A stretch of 36,416 nt of DNA, taken from IMG/VR virus record IMGVR_UViG_2648501873_000005, one strand, 5' to 3'. The stretch comes from a virus (lineage: Duplodnaviria > Heunggongvirae > Uroviricota > Caudoviricetes). Below are positions 1-8,325 of this stretch, piece by piece (position 1 is the stretch's first letter; every line of letters begins with the position of its first letter). The notes below the pieces were generated by a model, which saw only the letters and a list, made by a program, of their open reading frames with translations, searched no databases and was not told where the DNA came from. The position numbers were made by a program, and so were the translations under genes.

Positions 1-822
1 ATGAAACTGGAAGATTTACCGAAATACTACTCCCCAAAATCCCCTGGCCTGACCGATGCATCGGCCTCAACGTCAAAAGATGCGCTGAGTATCACTGATG
101 TGATGGCCGCGCAGGGCATGACACAGAATCGGGCTGAGATGGGGTTTTCTGCGTTCCTGGGGAAAATGGGCATCAGTATGAATGACAGGGCGCGGGCAAC
201 AGAATTACTGGCAGATTATGCACTCAGTCGGTGCGATCGTGTGGCGGCGTTGAGAAAACTTCCGGCAGAAATAAAACCGGTAGTGATGCGCATTATGGCT
301 TCGTATGCGTTTGAAGATTATGCCCGTAGCGCGGCGAGCAAAAAACAGTGCCCCTGCTGTCACGGAAAAAAATTTATTGAAAGCGAGGTTTTTACAAACA
401 AGATCCAGTATCCGGATGGTAAGCCACCAGTGTGGGCAAAGTGCACAAAAGGCGTGTATCCGTCTTACTGGGAAGAATGGAAAAAAGTCAGGGAGGTGGT
501 AAAAGTTGCCTGTCCGGAGTGTGGCGGAAAGGGTGAGGTTTCCACCGCCTGTAAGGATTGCCGTGGGCGTGGTGTCGCCATTCATCGTGAAGAGTCGGTA
601 AAACGTGGTATGCCTGTTATCAGAGATTGCCAGCGTTGTGGTGGTCGTGGCTGTGAAAGGCTGCCATCAACGGAGGCATTTAATGCCATATGCAAAGTGA
701 CGAGTGCTATCACGCTTGATACGTGGAAAAAATCAGTGAAACGCTTTTACGATACGTTGGTGGTTCGGTTTGACATTGAAGAGGCATGGGCGGAGCGGCA
801 GTTAAAGAGGGTAACGCGATAG
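1..822 (+). CDS. Late-gene antitermination protein Q-like, with four DnaJ-type CxxCxGxG zinc-finger motifs; may be 5'-truncated by the window edge
   Basis: 273-aa ORF starting at base 1. Motifs CPCCHGKK, CPECGGKG, CKDCRGRG and CQRCGGRG are visible. A lambda-like pR' and terminator follow immediately. Family assignment is from memory of lambdoid Q proteins. Confidence 0.65.
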   Translation: MKLEDLPKYYSPKSPGLTDASASTSKDALSITDVMAAQGMTQNRAEMGFSAFLGKMGISMNDRARATELLADYALSRCDRVAALRKLPAEIKPVVMRIMASYAFEDYARSAASKKQCPCCHGKKFIESEVFTNKIQYPDGKPPVWAKCTKGVYPSYWEEWKKVREVVKVACPECGGKGEVSTACKDCRGRGVAIHREESVKRGMPVIRDCQRCGGRGCERLPSTEAFNAICKVTSAITLDTWKKSVKRFYDTLVVRFDIEEAWAERQLKRVTR

Positions 823-827
823 TGTTG

Positions 828-855
828 TTGATTTTTCCCGAATCTGTGGTAAATT
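828..855 (+). promoter_or_regulatory. pR'-like late promoter (-35 TTGATT, 16-bp spacer, -10 TAAATT)
   Basis: TTGATT at 828-833 and TAAATT at 850-855. The downstream string TAAATTTGCTCTAACGATGGG closely resembles the lambda pR' initial region TAAATTTGACTCAACGATGGG as I recall it. Confidence 0.55.
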
Positions 856-903
856 TGCTCTAACGATGGGCGTTTTATGCCTGACGTTAGAAGATTTTTT
901 ACA

Positions 904-926
904 CCCCGCCGCCTGGCGGGTTTTTT
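904..926 (+). terminator. tR'-like intrinsic terminator
   Basis: GC-rich hairpin CCCGCC-GCCT-GGCGGG followed by TTTTTT, about 70 nt downstream of the putative pR' -10. Confidence 0.6.
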
Positions 927-1048
927 ATGACTGAAATCGCGTCAGTACAGTAAACGCGCTGGTGGCGGTGAATACCTGTCTTTCAGCTTGCTGGCTTTTT
1001 CGACAAGAGTTATTGGTGTGTCACGTTAACCGGAAAAGGGAAAAAGAC

Positions 1049-1246
1049 ATGCTAAAACAGCAGGATATGACAGAAACCGCCAGAGTGGTGTTTAATGAAT
1101 TAAGCGTTACCGAACCGGCGACAGTCGGGGAGATAGCGCAGAATACTTACCTTTCACGCGAACGCTGCCAGTTAATACTGACCCAGCTGGTTATGGCGGG
1201 TCTGGCAGACTATCAGTTCGGTTGTTACAGACGCCTTCCGCAGTGA
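1049..1246 (+). CDS. Small hypothetical protein (65 aa)
   Basis: ATG at 1049 preceded by AAAAGGG. The stop lies inside a hairpin plus U-tract. The longer track ORF from 962 has no ribosome-binding site. Confidence 0.4.
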   Translation: MLKQQDMTETARVVFNELSVTEPATVGEIAQNTYLSRERCQLILTQLVMAGLADYQFGCYRRLPQ

Positions 1247-1258
1247 AGGCTTTTTTAT
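1233..1258 (+). terminator. Intrinsic terminator-like hairpin
   Basis: GCCTTC-CGCAGT-GAAGGC followed by TTTTTTATTT. Confidence 0.45.
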
Positions 1259-1396
1259 TTGTGGTAAATGGGCGGCTGGTGGGTGTTAGGGGCACCCACC
1301 AGCCATCTGCTCATGCGTTGGGTTCACAAGCAAACCTCAGGCCCACTGCTTTGCGCAAAAGCAGAATGAGCCTATCAGAGACAGGCTTAATGATCC

Positions 1397-2446
1397 ATGC
1401 TTAATACTGTAAAAATATCCAGTTGTGAGTTAATCAACGCCGACTGCCTGGAATTTATCCGGTCGTTACCCGAAAATTCTGTTGACCTGATAGTCACGGA
1501 CCCGCCGTACTTTAAAGTGAAGCCTGAGGGCTGGGATAACCAGTGGAAGGGCGACGATGATTACCTGAAGTGGCTGGACCAGTGTCTGGCGCAGTTCTGG
1601 CGGGGGCTGAAACCTGCCGGAAGTCTTTACCTGTTCTGTGGTCATCGCCTGGCATCTGATATCGAAATCATGATGCGTGAACGCTTCAGTGTGCTGAACC
1701 ATATTATCTGGGCGAAGCCGTCCGGACGCTGGAACGGATGCAACAAGGAAAGCCTGCGGGCGTATTTCCCCGCCACAGAGCGCATTCTGTTCGCGGAACA
1801 TTATCAGGGGCCGTATCGTCCGAAAGATGCCGGGTATGCGGCGAAGGGCAGTGCACTGAAACAGCATGTGATGGCCCCGCTGATTTCTTACTTTCGTGAT
1901 GCGCGCGCGGCCCTGGGGATAACGGCAAAACAGATTGCAGATGCCACAGGAAAGAAAAACATGGTGTCGCACTGGTTCAGTGCCAGTCAGTGGCAGCTAC
2001 CGAACGAAAGCGATTATCTGAAATTACAGTCGCTGTTTGCCCGGGTGGCAGAAGAGAAACATCAGCGCGGTGAACTGGAAAAGCCCCACCACCAGCTGGT
2101 GGATACGTATACGTCACTGAACCGGCAGTATGTGGAGCTGCAGAGTGAATATAAGCATCTGCGGCGGTATTTTGGTGTGACGGCGCAGGTGCCGTACACG
2201 GATGTGTGGACACATAAACCGGTGCAGTTCTATCCCGGGAAACATCCGTGCGAAAAACCGGCAGAAATGCTGCAGCAGATAATCAGCGCAAGCAGTCGTC
2301 CGGGTGACCTGGTTGCAGATTTTTTTATGGGCTCAGGTTCAACGGTAAAAGCTGCACTGGCGCTCGGGCGTCGTGCGATTGGCGTTGAACTGGAGACCGG
2401 ACGTTTTGAGCAGACAGTCAGGGAAGTTCAGGATTTAATCGTTTGA
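1397..2446 (+). CDS. DNA N6-adenine (or N4-cytosine) methyltransferase, orphan phage type
   Basis: 349-aa ORF with the catalytic motif IVTDPPYF (DPPY) near the N-terminus. No adjacent restriction endonuclease gene. Confidence 0.8.
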   Translation: MLNTVKISSCELINADCLEFIRSLPENSVDLIVTDPPYFKVKPEGWDNQWKGDDDYLKWLDQCLAQFWRGLKPAGSLYLFCGHRLASDIEIMMRERFSVLNHIIWAKPSGRWNGCNKESLRAYFPATERILFAEHYQGPYRPKDAGYAAKGSALKQHVMAPLISYFRDARAALGITAKQIADATGKKNMVSHWFSASQWQLPNESDYLKLQSLFARVAEEKHQRGELEKPHHQLVDTYTSLNRQYVELQSEYKHLRRYFGVTAQVPYTDVWTHKPVQFYPGKHPCEKPAEMLQQIISASSRPGDLVADFFMGSGSTVKAALALGRRAIGVELETGRFEQTVREVQDLIV

Positions 2447-2495
2447 AACGGATGAGATTGCAGAATTAATTACGCACCATTATTATTCTGCTTCC

Positions 2496-2571
2496 GGCCC
2501 TTTAGCTCAGTGGTGAGAGCGAGCGACTCATAATCGCCAGGTCGCTGGTTCAAATCCAGCAAGGGCCACCA
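2496..2571 (+). tRNA. ileZ: tRNA with anticodon CAT, Ile2 (lysidine) type
   Basis: Hand-folded cloverleaf: acceptor GGCCCTT/AAGGGCC, D-stem GCTC/GAGC, anticodon loop CTCATAA, T-loop GGTTCAAATCC, 3' CCA. Closely resembles E. coli tRNA-Ile2 (ileX) as recalled. Confidence 0.85.
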
Positions 2572-2578
2572 TCACATA

Positions 2579-2655
2579 CCGCCATTAGCTCATCGGGATA
2601 GAGCGCCAGCCTTCGAAGCTGGCTGCGCGGGGTTCAAGTCCCCGATGGCGGTCCA
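2579..2655 (+). tRNA. argN: tRNA-Arg, anticodon TCG
   Basis: Acceptor CCGCCAT/ATGGCGG, D-stem GCTC/GAGC, anticodon stem CCAGC/GCTGG with loop CTTCGAA, T-arm CGGGG-TTCAAGT-CCCCG, CCA end. 5' boundary uncertain by 1 nt. Confidence 0.8.
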
Positions 2656-2668
2656 TTATCTGCATCAT

Positions 2669-2712
2669 GCGTTGTTAGCTCAGCCGGACAGAGCAATTGC
2701 CTTCTAAGCAGC
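2669..2712 (+). pseudogene. Degenerate or truncated tRNA-Arg(TCT)-like 5' half
   Basis: Good acceptor 5' strand, D-arm GCTC-AGCCGGACA-GAGC and anticodon loop CTTCTAA, but a weak anticodon stem and no recognisable T-arm or acceptor 3' strand downstream. Confidence 0.45.
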
Positions 2713-2904
2713 TGTGGTTGCACTCCTGTTGTTTCTGGTGGTGATGGTGGACTTCAGCAGCCGGATAATGTCGGTGCTGTCTGATGGTGTTTTGGTGGCG
2801 GGTGTGTGGTTGTTGCTTTCCCGTTGCTGAAAAAGAAAGCATCAGGCGATTAGCAGGGTATCAGTTACCCGTTGAAATTTTTAAATACCTCACAATTCCA
2901 CAGC

Positions 2905-3108
2905 TTGATGATTGTCTGGCTGCCGGAGAATTTGTTAAAAATTACATCGCATGGTGAATCCCCCTCAGCGGCGGGGCATCTGGCAAAGTGTATGATCCAG
3001 AGAACATGCAAATTCAGTAGACAGGCTGAATTTACCGGGAGGCCCCTGGCACCATGCGACAGACAGAAATTAGGCTATACTTCAGCCCCTCTCCGGAGGG
3101 GCTTTTCT
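2905..3108 (+). repeat. Copy 1 of a diverged direct repeat of about 200 bp, ending in a terminator-like hairpin
   Basis: Blocks shared with copy 2: TTGTCTGGC..TTTGTTAAAAA..TCGCATGGTGAATCCCCCT, ACCGGGAGGC.C..GGCACCATGC, and the identical hairpin GCCCCTCTCCGGAGGGGC followed by a T-run. Confidence 0.6.
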
Positions 3109-3371
3109 GTGCAGGATGTGTCACAGTTTCCTGAATTCTGAGTACTGTCCTGTTACTCAGGGTGCTATATTTTCTGACGTGATGAAAGTCTGCCGGAAGG
3201 CGGAACGTATCGGAAATGACCCAGTAGAGAAAACGTTGACTCAGATACCGATGCTGAGTTACCGGGAAACCGGCATCACATGACCGCTATCCTTCCAGGC
3301 TCGCTCCGGCGGGCCTTTTTACTGCAGAAAACAGTTTTCCCGTAAAATGCCACGTTGCTCATAATTCAGGC

Positions 3372-3570
3372 TGGCGATTATTGTCTGGCCGGCGGGAAGT
3401 TTGTTAAAAAATTTCGCATGGTGAATCCCCCTGTGCGGAGGGGTAATCAGCGAGTAGGTATATGGGATAATCGCGGATTCAGGTGCTGGTACTGAATTCA
3501 CCGGGAGGCACCCGGCACCATGCAATGGCACATAGCGCCACTCTCCAGCCCCTCTCCGGAGGGGCTGTTT
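3372..3570 (+). repeat. Copy 2 of the same diverged direct repeat
   Basis: Same conserved blocks and the identical GCCCCTCTCCGGAGGGGC hairpin at 3548-3565. Confidence 0.6.
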
Positions 3571-3601
3571 ATATTGATTTTGTCAGATGTGAGTAAACTG
3601 C

Positions 3602-3937
3602 TTATGGACTTTGTTGTTTTAGCCCATAAGGACATATTTGCAGAGTGCAACGGTTATTAAAGCATTCATTCAATACGTTATCTGTATTTGTAGGGCATTC
3701 CTGGCTGTTTTTGATTAAATTCCAGAATGTTTTATTGAATGGTACTACGTTGTAAATGGTTACAGGTAGCACTTTGTTATTGAGCATGATGCCTGTGTGA
3801 GTCAGTGTAAATATACTTTCAGGAGGTAAGAAAGCATCCGATTGATACCAGATTATTAATTTTATTTTACTCCATATGACTGAAAAAGATATTCCGCATG
3901 ATGGCTGGATAACTGTATCAATCACAATCCACTTCAT
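3602..3937 (-). CDS. Hypothetical protein (111 aa) in an AT-rich island
   Basis: Minus-strand ORF with AAGGAAAC ribosome-binding site 6 nt upstream of the ATG. The surrounding 3600-4180 region is visibly AT-rich against a roughly 50-55% GC background. No recognisable family. Confidence 0.4.
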   Translation of the reverse strand: MKWIVIDTVIQPSCGISFSVIWSKIKLIIWYQSDAFLPPESIFTLTHTGIMLNNKVLPVTIYNVVPFNKTFWNLIKNSQECPTNTDNVLNECFNNRCTLQICPYGLKQQSP

Positions 3938-4197
3938 TTAGTTTCCTTGTTTATGCCTTGCTGGTGATGTTCTGAAAAGTATAAATGATATTTTTGATTG
4001 TAAACCATAGAGCAGAATTATTTTTCTGATGTTGTTTATTGTTTATTTAAATGCAGGGTGGTTTATATCTCGTCTTGTAGTTTATCCATGCATATCTGCT
4101 TGATGATGAGGTTTTTATTTAAGGTATGGTTTTGTGTTTTTTCTGTATTACATGTCAGGTATTTTAAAGAATCATTTTTCAGATGGTGGAAAGAACC

Positions 4198-6092
4198 ATG
4201 GCATTTAAACACTATGATGTTGTCAGGGCGGCGTCGCCGTCAGATCTTGCGGAAAAGCTGACACATAAACTGAAAGAGGGCTGGCAGCCGTTTGGTAGTC
4301 CGGTGGCCATAACCCCTTATACCCTGATGCAGGCGATTGCAGCAGAAGGTGATGTGGTCGTCAGTGGTGCAACTGAGCCGGAGTGGTACTACGTCATCGT
4401 ACTGGCCGGGCAATCCAATGCCATGGCTTACGGTGAAGGGCTTCCGCTTCCGGATTCTTACGATGCGCCCCACCCACGCATTAAGCAACTGGCCCGTCGC
4501 AACACAGTGACTCCCGGTGGTAAAGCATGCGCATTTAACGACATCATTCCGGCAGACCACTGCCTGCATGATGTTCAGGATATGAGCGCACTGAATCATC
4601 CGAAGGCAGACCTGAGCAAAGGGCAGTACGGCTGTGTCGGCCAGGGCTTACATATTGCCAAAAAACTGCTTCCGTATATCCCGAATAACGCGGGGATCCT
4701 GCTGGTACCATGCTGTCGTGGTGGTTCGGCATTCACCCAGGGCGCGGAGGGGACATTCAGTGCGGACACGGGGGCCAGCCAGGATTCGGCACGCTGGGGT
4801 GTGGGTAAACCGTTATATCAGGACCTGATCGCACGCACCAAAGCGGCATTACAGAAGAACCCGAAAAATGTGTTGCTGGCGGTGTGCTGGATGCAGGGCG
4901 AATTTGACATGAGCGCTGCCACCTACGCACAGCAACCGGACCTGTTCACGGCCATGCTGAAGCAGTTCCGTACTGACCTTTCCGGATTTAACGCGCAGTG
5001 CCATGGCGGCAGTGCTGCAGTTGTACCGTGGATTTGTGGCGACACGACGTATTACTGGAAAAACACATACGGCACACAGTATGACTCCGTCTACGGCGCG
5101 TACAAAAACAGGGAGAGCGACAACGTTTTCTTTGTGCCGTTCATGACCGACGGTAACGGCAACAACACGCCCACCAACTTACCGGCAGAAGACCCGGATA
5201 TTGCTGATGCAGGTTATTACGGCGCGCAATCCCGTAGTAATGGTAATTGGGTATCGTCAAATCGTCCGACACATTTCAGTTCATGGGCGCGCAGGGGCAT
5301 TATTTCGGATCGCCTGGCAACCGCTATTCTGAACGCAGTTGGTCGAACCAGCGCCTTCATCAGCGGTACCGCACCGGAGATTAAACCCTCGCCCGGCGGC
5401 GACACGCCATCGGGGCCGTCTGATGGTGACACATCCGTTCGTACAGTCTCCCTGCTGCCGACAGCCGGAGAGGCTGCTGCGCAGGGCTGGACCATCACCG
5501 GCGGCAGTGTTGCGCTGGAAGATGGTGTGTTTAAGGTTACCAAGCAGAGCAATAAAACCTGGTCCCTGATGCATCCGGTGGATGACGCAGTCTCCCTGCT
5601 GACACGGGGTGGCAGACTGAGCTGTAAGTTTCGACTGTCAGGCGCACTGACCAACAACCAGTTCGGTCTGGGAATTTATCTGTATACCGATGTAGCGTTA
5701 CCTGACGTCGTGGCGATGACCGGGACTGGTAACCCGTTCCTGATGTCGTGGCGATGACCGGGACTGGTAACCCGTTCCTGATGTCGTTCTTCACCCAGAC
5801 CACAGACGGCAAACTGAATCTGATGCATCACAAGAAAGCCGGAAACACAAAGTTGGGCGAGTTCGGGAATTACAGTAACGACTGGCAGACGCTGGAGCTG
5901 GTGTTCACCGCCGGCAGTGCCACGGTTACTCCGAAACTGAATGGAGTGGCTGGCCCGGCATTCCAGGTCATAAAAGACAGTCTGACACTGGGGCTGAATG
6001 CGCTGACGCTGACGGATATTACCAAAAATGCAGCGTATGGCGTTGAGATAGAAAGTCTGGTGCTGGAGATAAATGCACCGGCATCATCATAA
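4198..6092 (+). pseudogene. nanS-p: NanS-p-like esterase (DUF1737 N-domain plus SGNH/SASA sialate O-acetylesterase domain), frameshifted
   Basis: N-terminus MAFKHYDVVRAASPSDL and SASA-like block VIVLAGQSNAMAYGEG. The reading frame breaks at a 38-bp tandem duplication at 5707-5782, so the gene appears as two track ORFs (4183-5757 and 5748-6092). Family assignment from memory. Confidence 0.7.
5707..5782 (+). repeat. Perfect 38-bp tandem duplication (2 copies) inside the esterase gene
   Basis: GTCGTGGCGATGACCGGGACTGGTAACCCGTTCCTGAT occurs twice consecutively. 38 is not a multiple of 3, so it causes a frameshift. Confidence 0.9.
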
Positions 6093-6168
6093 AAAGTGAG
6101 CCAGTCAAATGGAAGGTATCGTTAAACTCACCGGTAGTGTCAGTGGGTCGTCTGAGATGCCTGCATGA

Positions 6169-6207
6169 GTTATCAGAGCCATCAGTACTTAACTGGTGGC
6201 TTTTTTT
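6169..6207 (+). terminator. Terminator-like hairpin upstream of the holin
   Basis: Imperfect stem GCCATCAG/CTGGTGGC followed by TTTTTTTATT. Confidence 0.35.
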
Positions 6208-6242
6208 ATTGTTGTCAGCTTCCGGATAACGGGAGACGGGGT

Positions 6243-6458
6243 ATGTACCAGATGGAAAAAATCACAACAGGTGTGTCATACACCACGTCAGCGGTGGGAA
6301 CGGGCTACTGGTTCCTGCAGTTGCTGGACAGGGTTTCCCCGTCTCAGTGGGCGGCAATAGGCGTGCTGGGGAGTCTGCTGTTTGGGCTGCTGACATATCT
6401 GACTAACCTGTATTTCAAAATCAGAGAGGACCGTCGTAAGGCTGCACGGGGAGAGTAA
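6243..6458 (+). CDS. S: Class II holin / pinholin, phage 21 S-like, with dual-start motif
   Basis: [71 protein letters not shown]. Two Met codons 3 codons apart (typical antiholin/holin dual start), two transmembrane segments, basic C-terminus. Resembles S21 as recalled. Confidence 0.85.
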   Translation: MYQMEKITTGVSYTTSAVGTGYWFLQLLDRVSPSQWAAIGVLGSLLFGLLTYLTNLYFKIREDRRKAARGE

Positions 6459-6462
6459 TTCA

Positions 6463-6807
6463 ATGACTCAAAACTATGAACTGATTGTGAAAGGGATCCG
6501 CAATTTTGAGAATAAAGTTACGGTAACTTTAGCGTTACGGGACAAAAAACGCTTTGACGGTGAAATTTTTGACCTGGACATCTCGCTGGACCGTGTTGAA
6601 GGTGCCGCGCTGGAGTTTTATGAGGCAGCAGCCAGAAGGAGCATCAGACAGGTCTTCCTGGATGTTGCTGCCGGGTTATGTGAAGGGGATGAGCAGTCGC
6701 CGGAAAAGCGCCCCGTAATTTTAGAGGCGCAGGATGTGTTGATAACCTACAGAGGAAAACTACCGGGAATAATTACGGGTTCTCTGAAGAGTCCGCCGAA
6801 ATGGTAA
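6463..6807 (+). CDS. Hypothetical protein inserted between holin and endolysin, possibly YdfR/DUF1327-like
   Basis: 114-aa ORF with GGGGAGAG ribosome-binding site. Position matches ydfR in the K-12 Qin prophage; sequence identity to that family is unverified. Confidence 0.5.
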   Translation: MTQNYELIVKGIRNFENKVTVTLALRDKKRFDGEIFDLDISLDRVEGAALEFYEAAARRSIRQVFLDVAAGLCEGDEQSPEKRPVILEAQDVLITYRGKLPGIITGSLKSPPKW

Positions 6808-7045
6808 TTTTACCAGCATATTTTTCATCCAGTAATACAGCAAGCCGCCTGAAAGAGTCTTGTTGTTCCTGAGACCATTTGGGATTGCATGATTCAAACT
6901 GGATTGATGCCAGCGTTGATTGCATCTGTTCCCTTGGAATTGAGAATGCCAGATATGAGAAGGCGACGGTAAGGGTATTCACGTCTTCCCGAAGCCTGGA
7001 AATGCTGTCGAGCAACTCCTGTAGAGAAATGGTGTTATTGTCCAT
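6773..7045 (-). CDS. Hypothetical protein (90 aa), convergent with and overlapping the preceding ORF
   Basis: Minus-strand ORF with strong ribosome-binding site (GAGGATTATTT then ATG). Its 3' end overlaps the 3' end of 6463-6807 by 35 bp. A 7-bp palindrome CAGCCTG..CAGGCTG lies in its upstream region (7069-7091). Confidence 0.4.
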   Translation of the reverse strand: MDNNTISLQELLDSISRLREDVNTLTVAFSYLAFSIPREQMQSTLASIQFESCNPKWSQEQQDSFRRLAVLLDEKYAGKITISADSSENP

Positions 7046-7150
7046 AAATAATCCTCATGATTGTATTGACCTGTTAGCAGCCTGAGGCAACAGGCTGGAA
7101 CTGATAAACATATCCAGGGCTCAGAAACCGATAAATCCTGATAAATATCC

Positions 7151-7684
7151 ATGAACGCAAAAATCAGATACGGCCTGTCGGCTGCCGTTCTGGCGCTGAT
7201 TGCCGCTGGTGCGCCTGCGCCTGACATTCTCGACCAGTTTCTGGATGAAAAGGAAGGTAACCACACCACGGCATACCGTGATGGCGCGGGTATCTGGACC
7301 ATCTGCCGCGGTGCCATCCTGGTGGATGGCAAACCTGTCGTTCCGGGCATGAAGTTGTCGAAGGAAAAATGCGACCGGGTTAACGCCATTGAGCGTGATA
7401 AGGCGCTGGCATGGGTGGAGAAAAACATCAGAGTGCCATTGAGTGAACCCCAGAAAGCGGGGATCGCGTCATTCTGTCCGTACAACATTGGCCCCGGTAA
7501 GTGTTTTCCGTCGACGTTTTATAAACGAATTAATGCAGGTGATCGCAGGGGAGCGTGTGAGGCGATTCGCTGGTGGATTAAGGACGGTGGCAGGGACTGC
7601 CGTATTCGCTCAAATAACTGTTACGGTCAGGTATCCCGTCGTGACCAGGAGAGCGCGCTGGCGTGCTGGGGAATCGACAGATAA
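7151..7684 (+). CDS. R: SAR endolysin (lysozyme, R21-like)
   Basis: 177 aa. N-terminal hydrophobic Gly/Ala-rich signal-anchor-release segment LSAAVLALIAAGAPAP followed by a lysozyme-like domain. Resembles R21-type endolysins as recalled. Confidence 0.85.
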   Translation: MNAKIRYGLSAAVLALIAAGAPAPDILDQFLDEKEGNHTTAYRDGAGIWTICRGAILVDGKPVVPGMKLSKEKCDRVNAIERDKALAWVEKNIRVPLSEPQKAGIASFCPYNIGPGKCFPSTFYKRINAGDRRGACEAIRWWIKDGGRDCRIRSNNCYGQVSRRDQESALACWGIDR

Positions 7685-7774
7685 GCAGAATATTTTGCTA
7701 ATAAATGACGTTGGCCAAGGCGGACGGATAACACGAAATCCTGCGAACTGGCAAAATGTAAGTGAATAAAAGTA

Positions 7775-7812
7775 AAAACCCCGTTTGTTGGCAGCAAGCG
7801 GGGTTTTGTTTT
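7775..7812 (+). terminator. Bidirectional intrinsic terminator-like hairpin
   Basis: AAAACCCCGTTTG-loop-CAAGCGGGGTTTT, a 13-bp stem with one mismatch, flanked by an A-run upstream and a T-run downstream. Confidence 0.5.
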
Positions 7813-7976
7813 TATGGCAGTAAGCTATGGGAGGCTGCCTTGATTGATTTTAGCAAACTGATTAGGGAGTTGCGACTCATGATTAGTCAATTACCAAACT
7901 GGAAATTTTTGCTGGTCTGGAGCATCCCTTTTTTATGGGTAGTATCCCAGTTAATTGTGGCAATTAAGGGGTAGCT

Positions 7977-8108
7977 ATGTCAGACAAACTCATAACGCCG
8001 GCAAAGGTCCTGTGTGTGATTGTCGGTATTTCATTTTCACTAATGCTGGTTGCTCTTTTTCTGTCCCTCGCCTGGGTGATGTTGTCTTCGTCGGGGCTGC
8101 TGGGGTGA
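7977..8108 (+). CDS. Small hydrophobic membrane peptide (43 aa)
   Basis: ATG preceded by AAGGGG. Translation MSDKLITPAKVLCVIVGISFSLMLVALFLSLAWVMLSSSGLLG has one predicted transmembrane helix. Confidence 0.35.
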   Translation: MSDKLITPAKVLCVIVGISFSLMLVALFLSLAWVMLSSSGLLG

Positions 8109-8110
8109 CA

Positions 8111-8227
8111 GTGACTGATGACATCAGCAGAGCGCTGGCTTTTGCTATTAAGTGGGTGGCTGTTGGTATTGCTGTGTCTCCGATGCTGTATGGGCTGGCA
8201 AAACTGGTCATTGCGCTGAAATCGTGA
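8111..8227 (+). CDS. Small hydrophobic peptide (about 38 aa, GTG start), paralogous to the next ORF
   Basis: VTDDISRALAFAIKWVAVGIAVSPMLYGLAKLVIALKS. Shares the core RA[LM]AFAI[KR][WI]VA[VI] with the downstream peptide. Start codon uncertain. Confidence 0.3.
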   Translation: MTDDISRALAFAIKWVAVGIAVSPMLYGLAKLVIALKS

Positions 8228-8238
8228 ACTTTAAAAAG

Positions 8239-8325
8239 ATGAGTGCTGAACTTATTCGGGCAATGGCATTTGCCATTCGTATTGTGGCCATTGCTGTTCT
8301 GGTCTGGGCAATCCGTTGGTGGTGA
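8239..8325 (+). CDS. Small hydrophobic peptide (28 aa), paralogous to the previous ORF
   Basis: [28 protein letters not shown]. Its stop codon is 1 nt before the Rz ATG, suggesting translational coupling. Confidence 0.3.
   Translation: MSAELIRAMAFAIRIVAIAVLVWAIRWW

Noticed and set aside
962-1246. Longer 94-aa version of the small ORF starting at 962
   Set aside because: No ribosome-binding site at 962 and the N-terminal extension is Cys/Trp-rich and unlikely; the internal ATG at 1049 has an AAAAGGG ribosome-binding site.
2872-3141. 89-aa + strand ORF across repeat copy 1
   Set aside because: No ribosome-binding site. It spans hairpin and terminator elements, and the sequence conservation between copies looks structural (RNA/DNA level) rather than codon-based.
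2496-4200. Shiga toxin stxA/stxB genes expected between the tRNA cluster and nanS-p
   Set aside because: No ORF of appropriate size with signal peptides (A about 315 aa, B about 89 aa) exists in this interval on either strand; the locus is toxin-negative.
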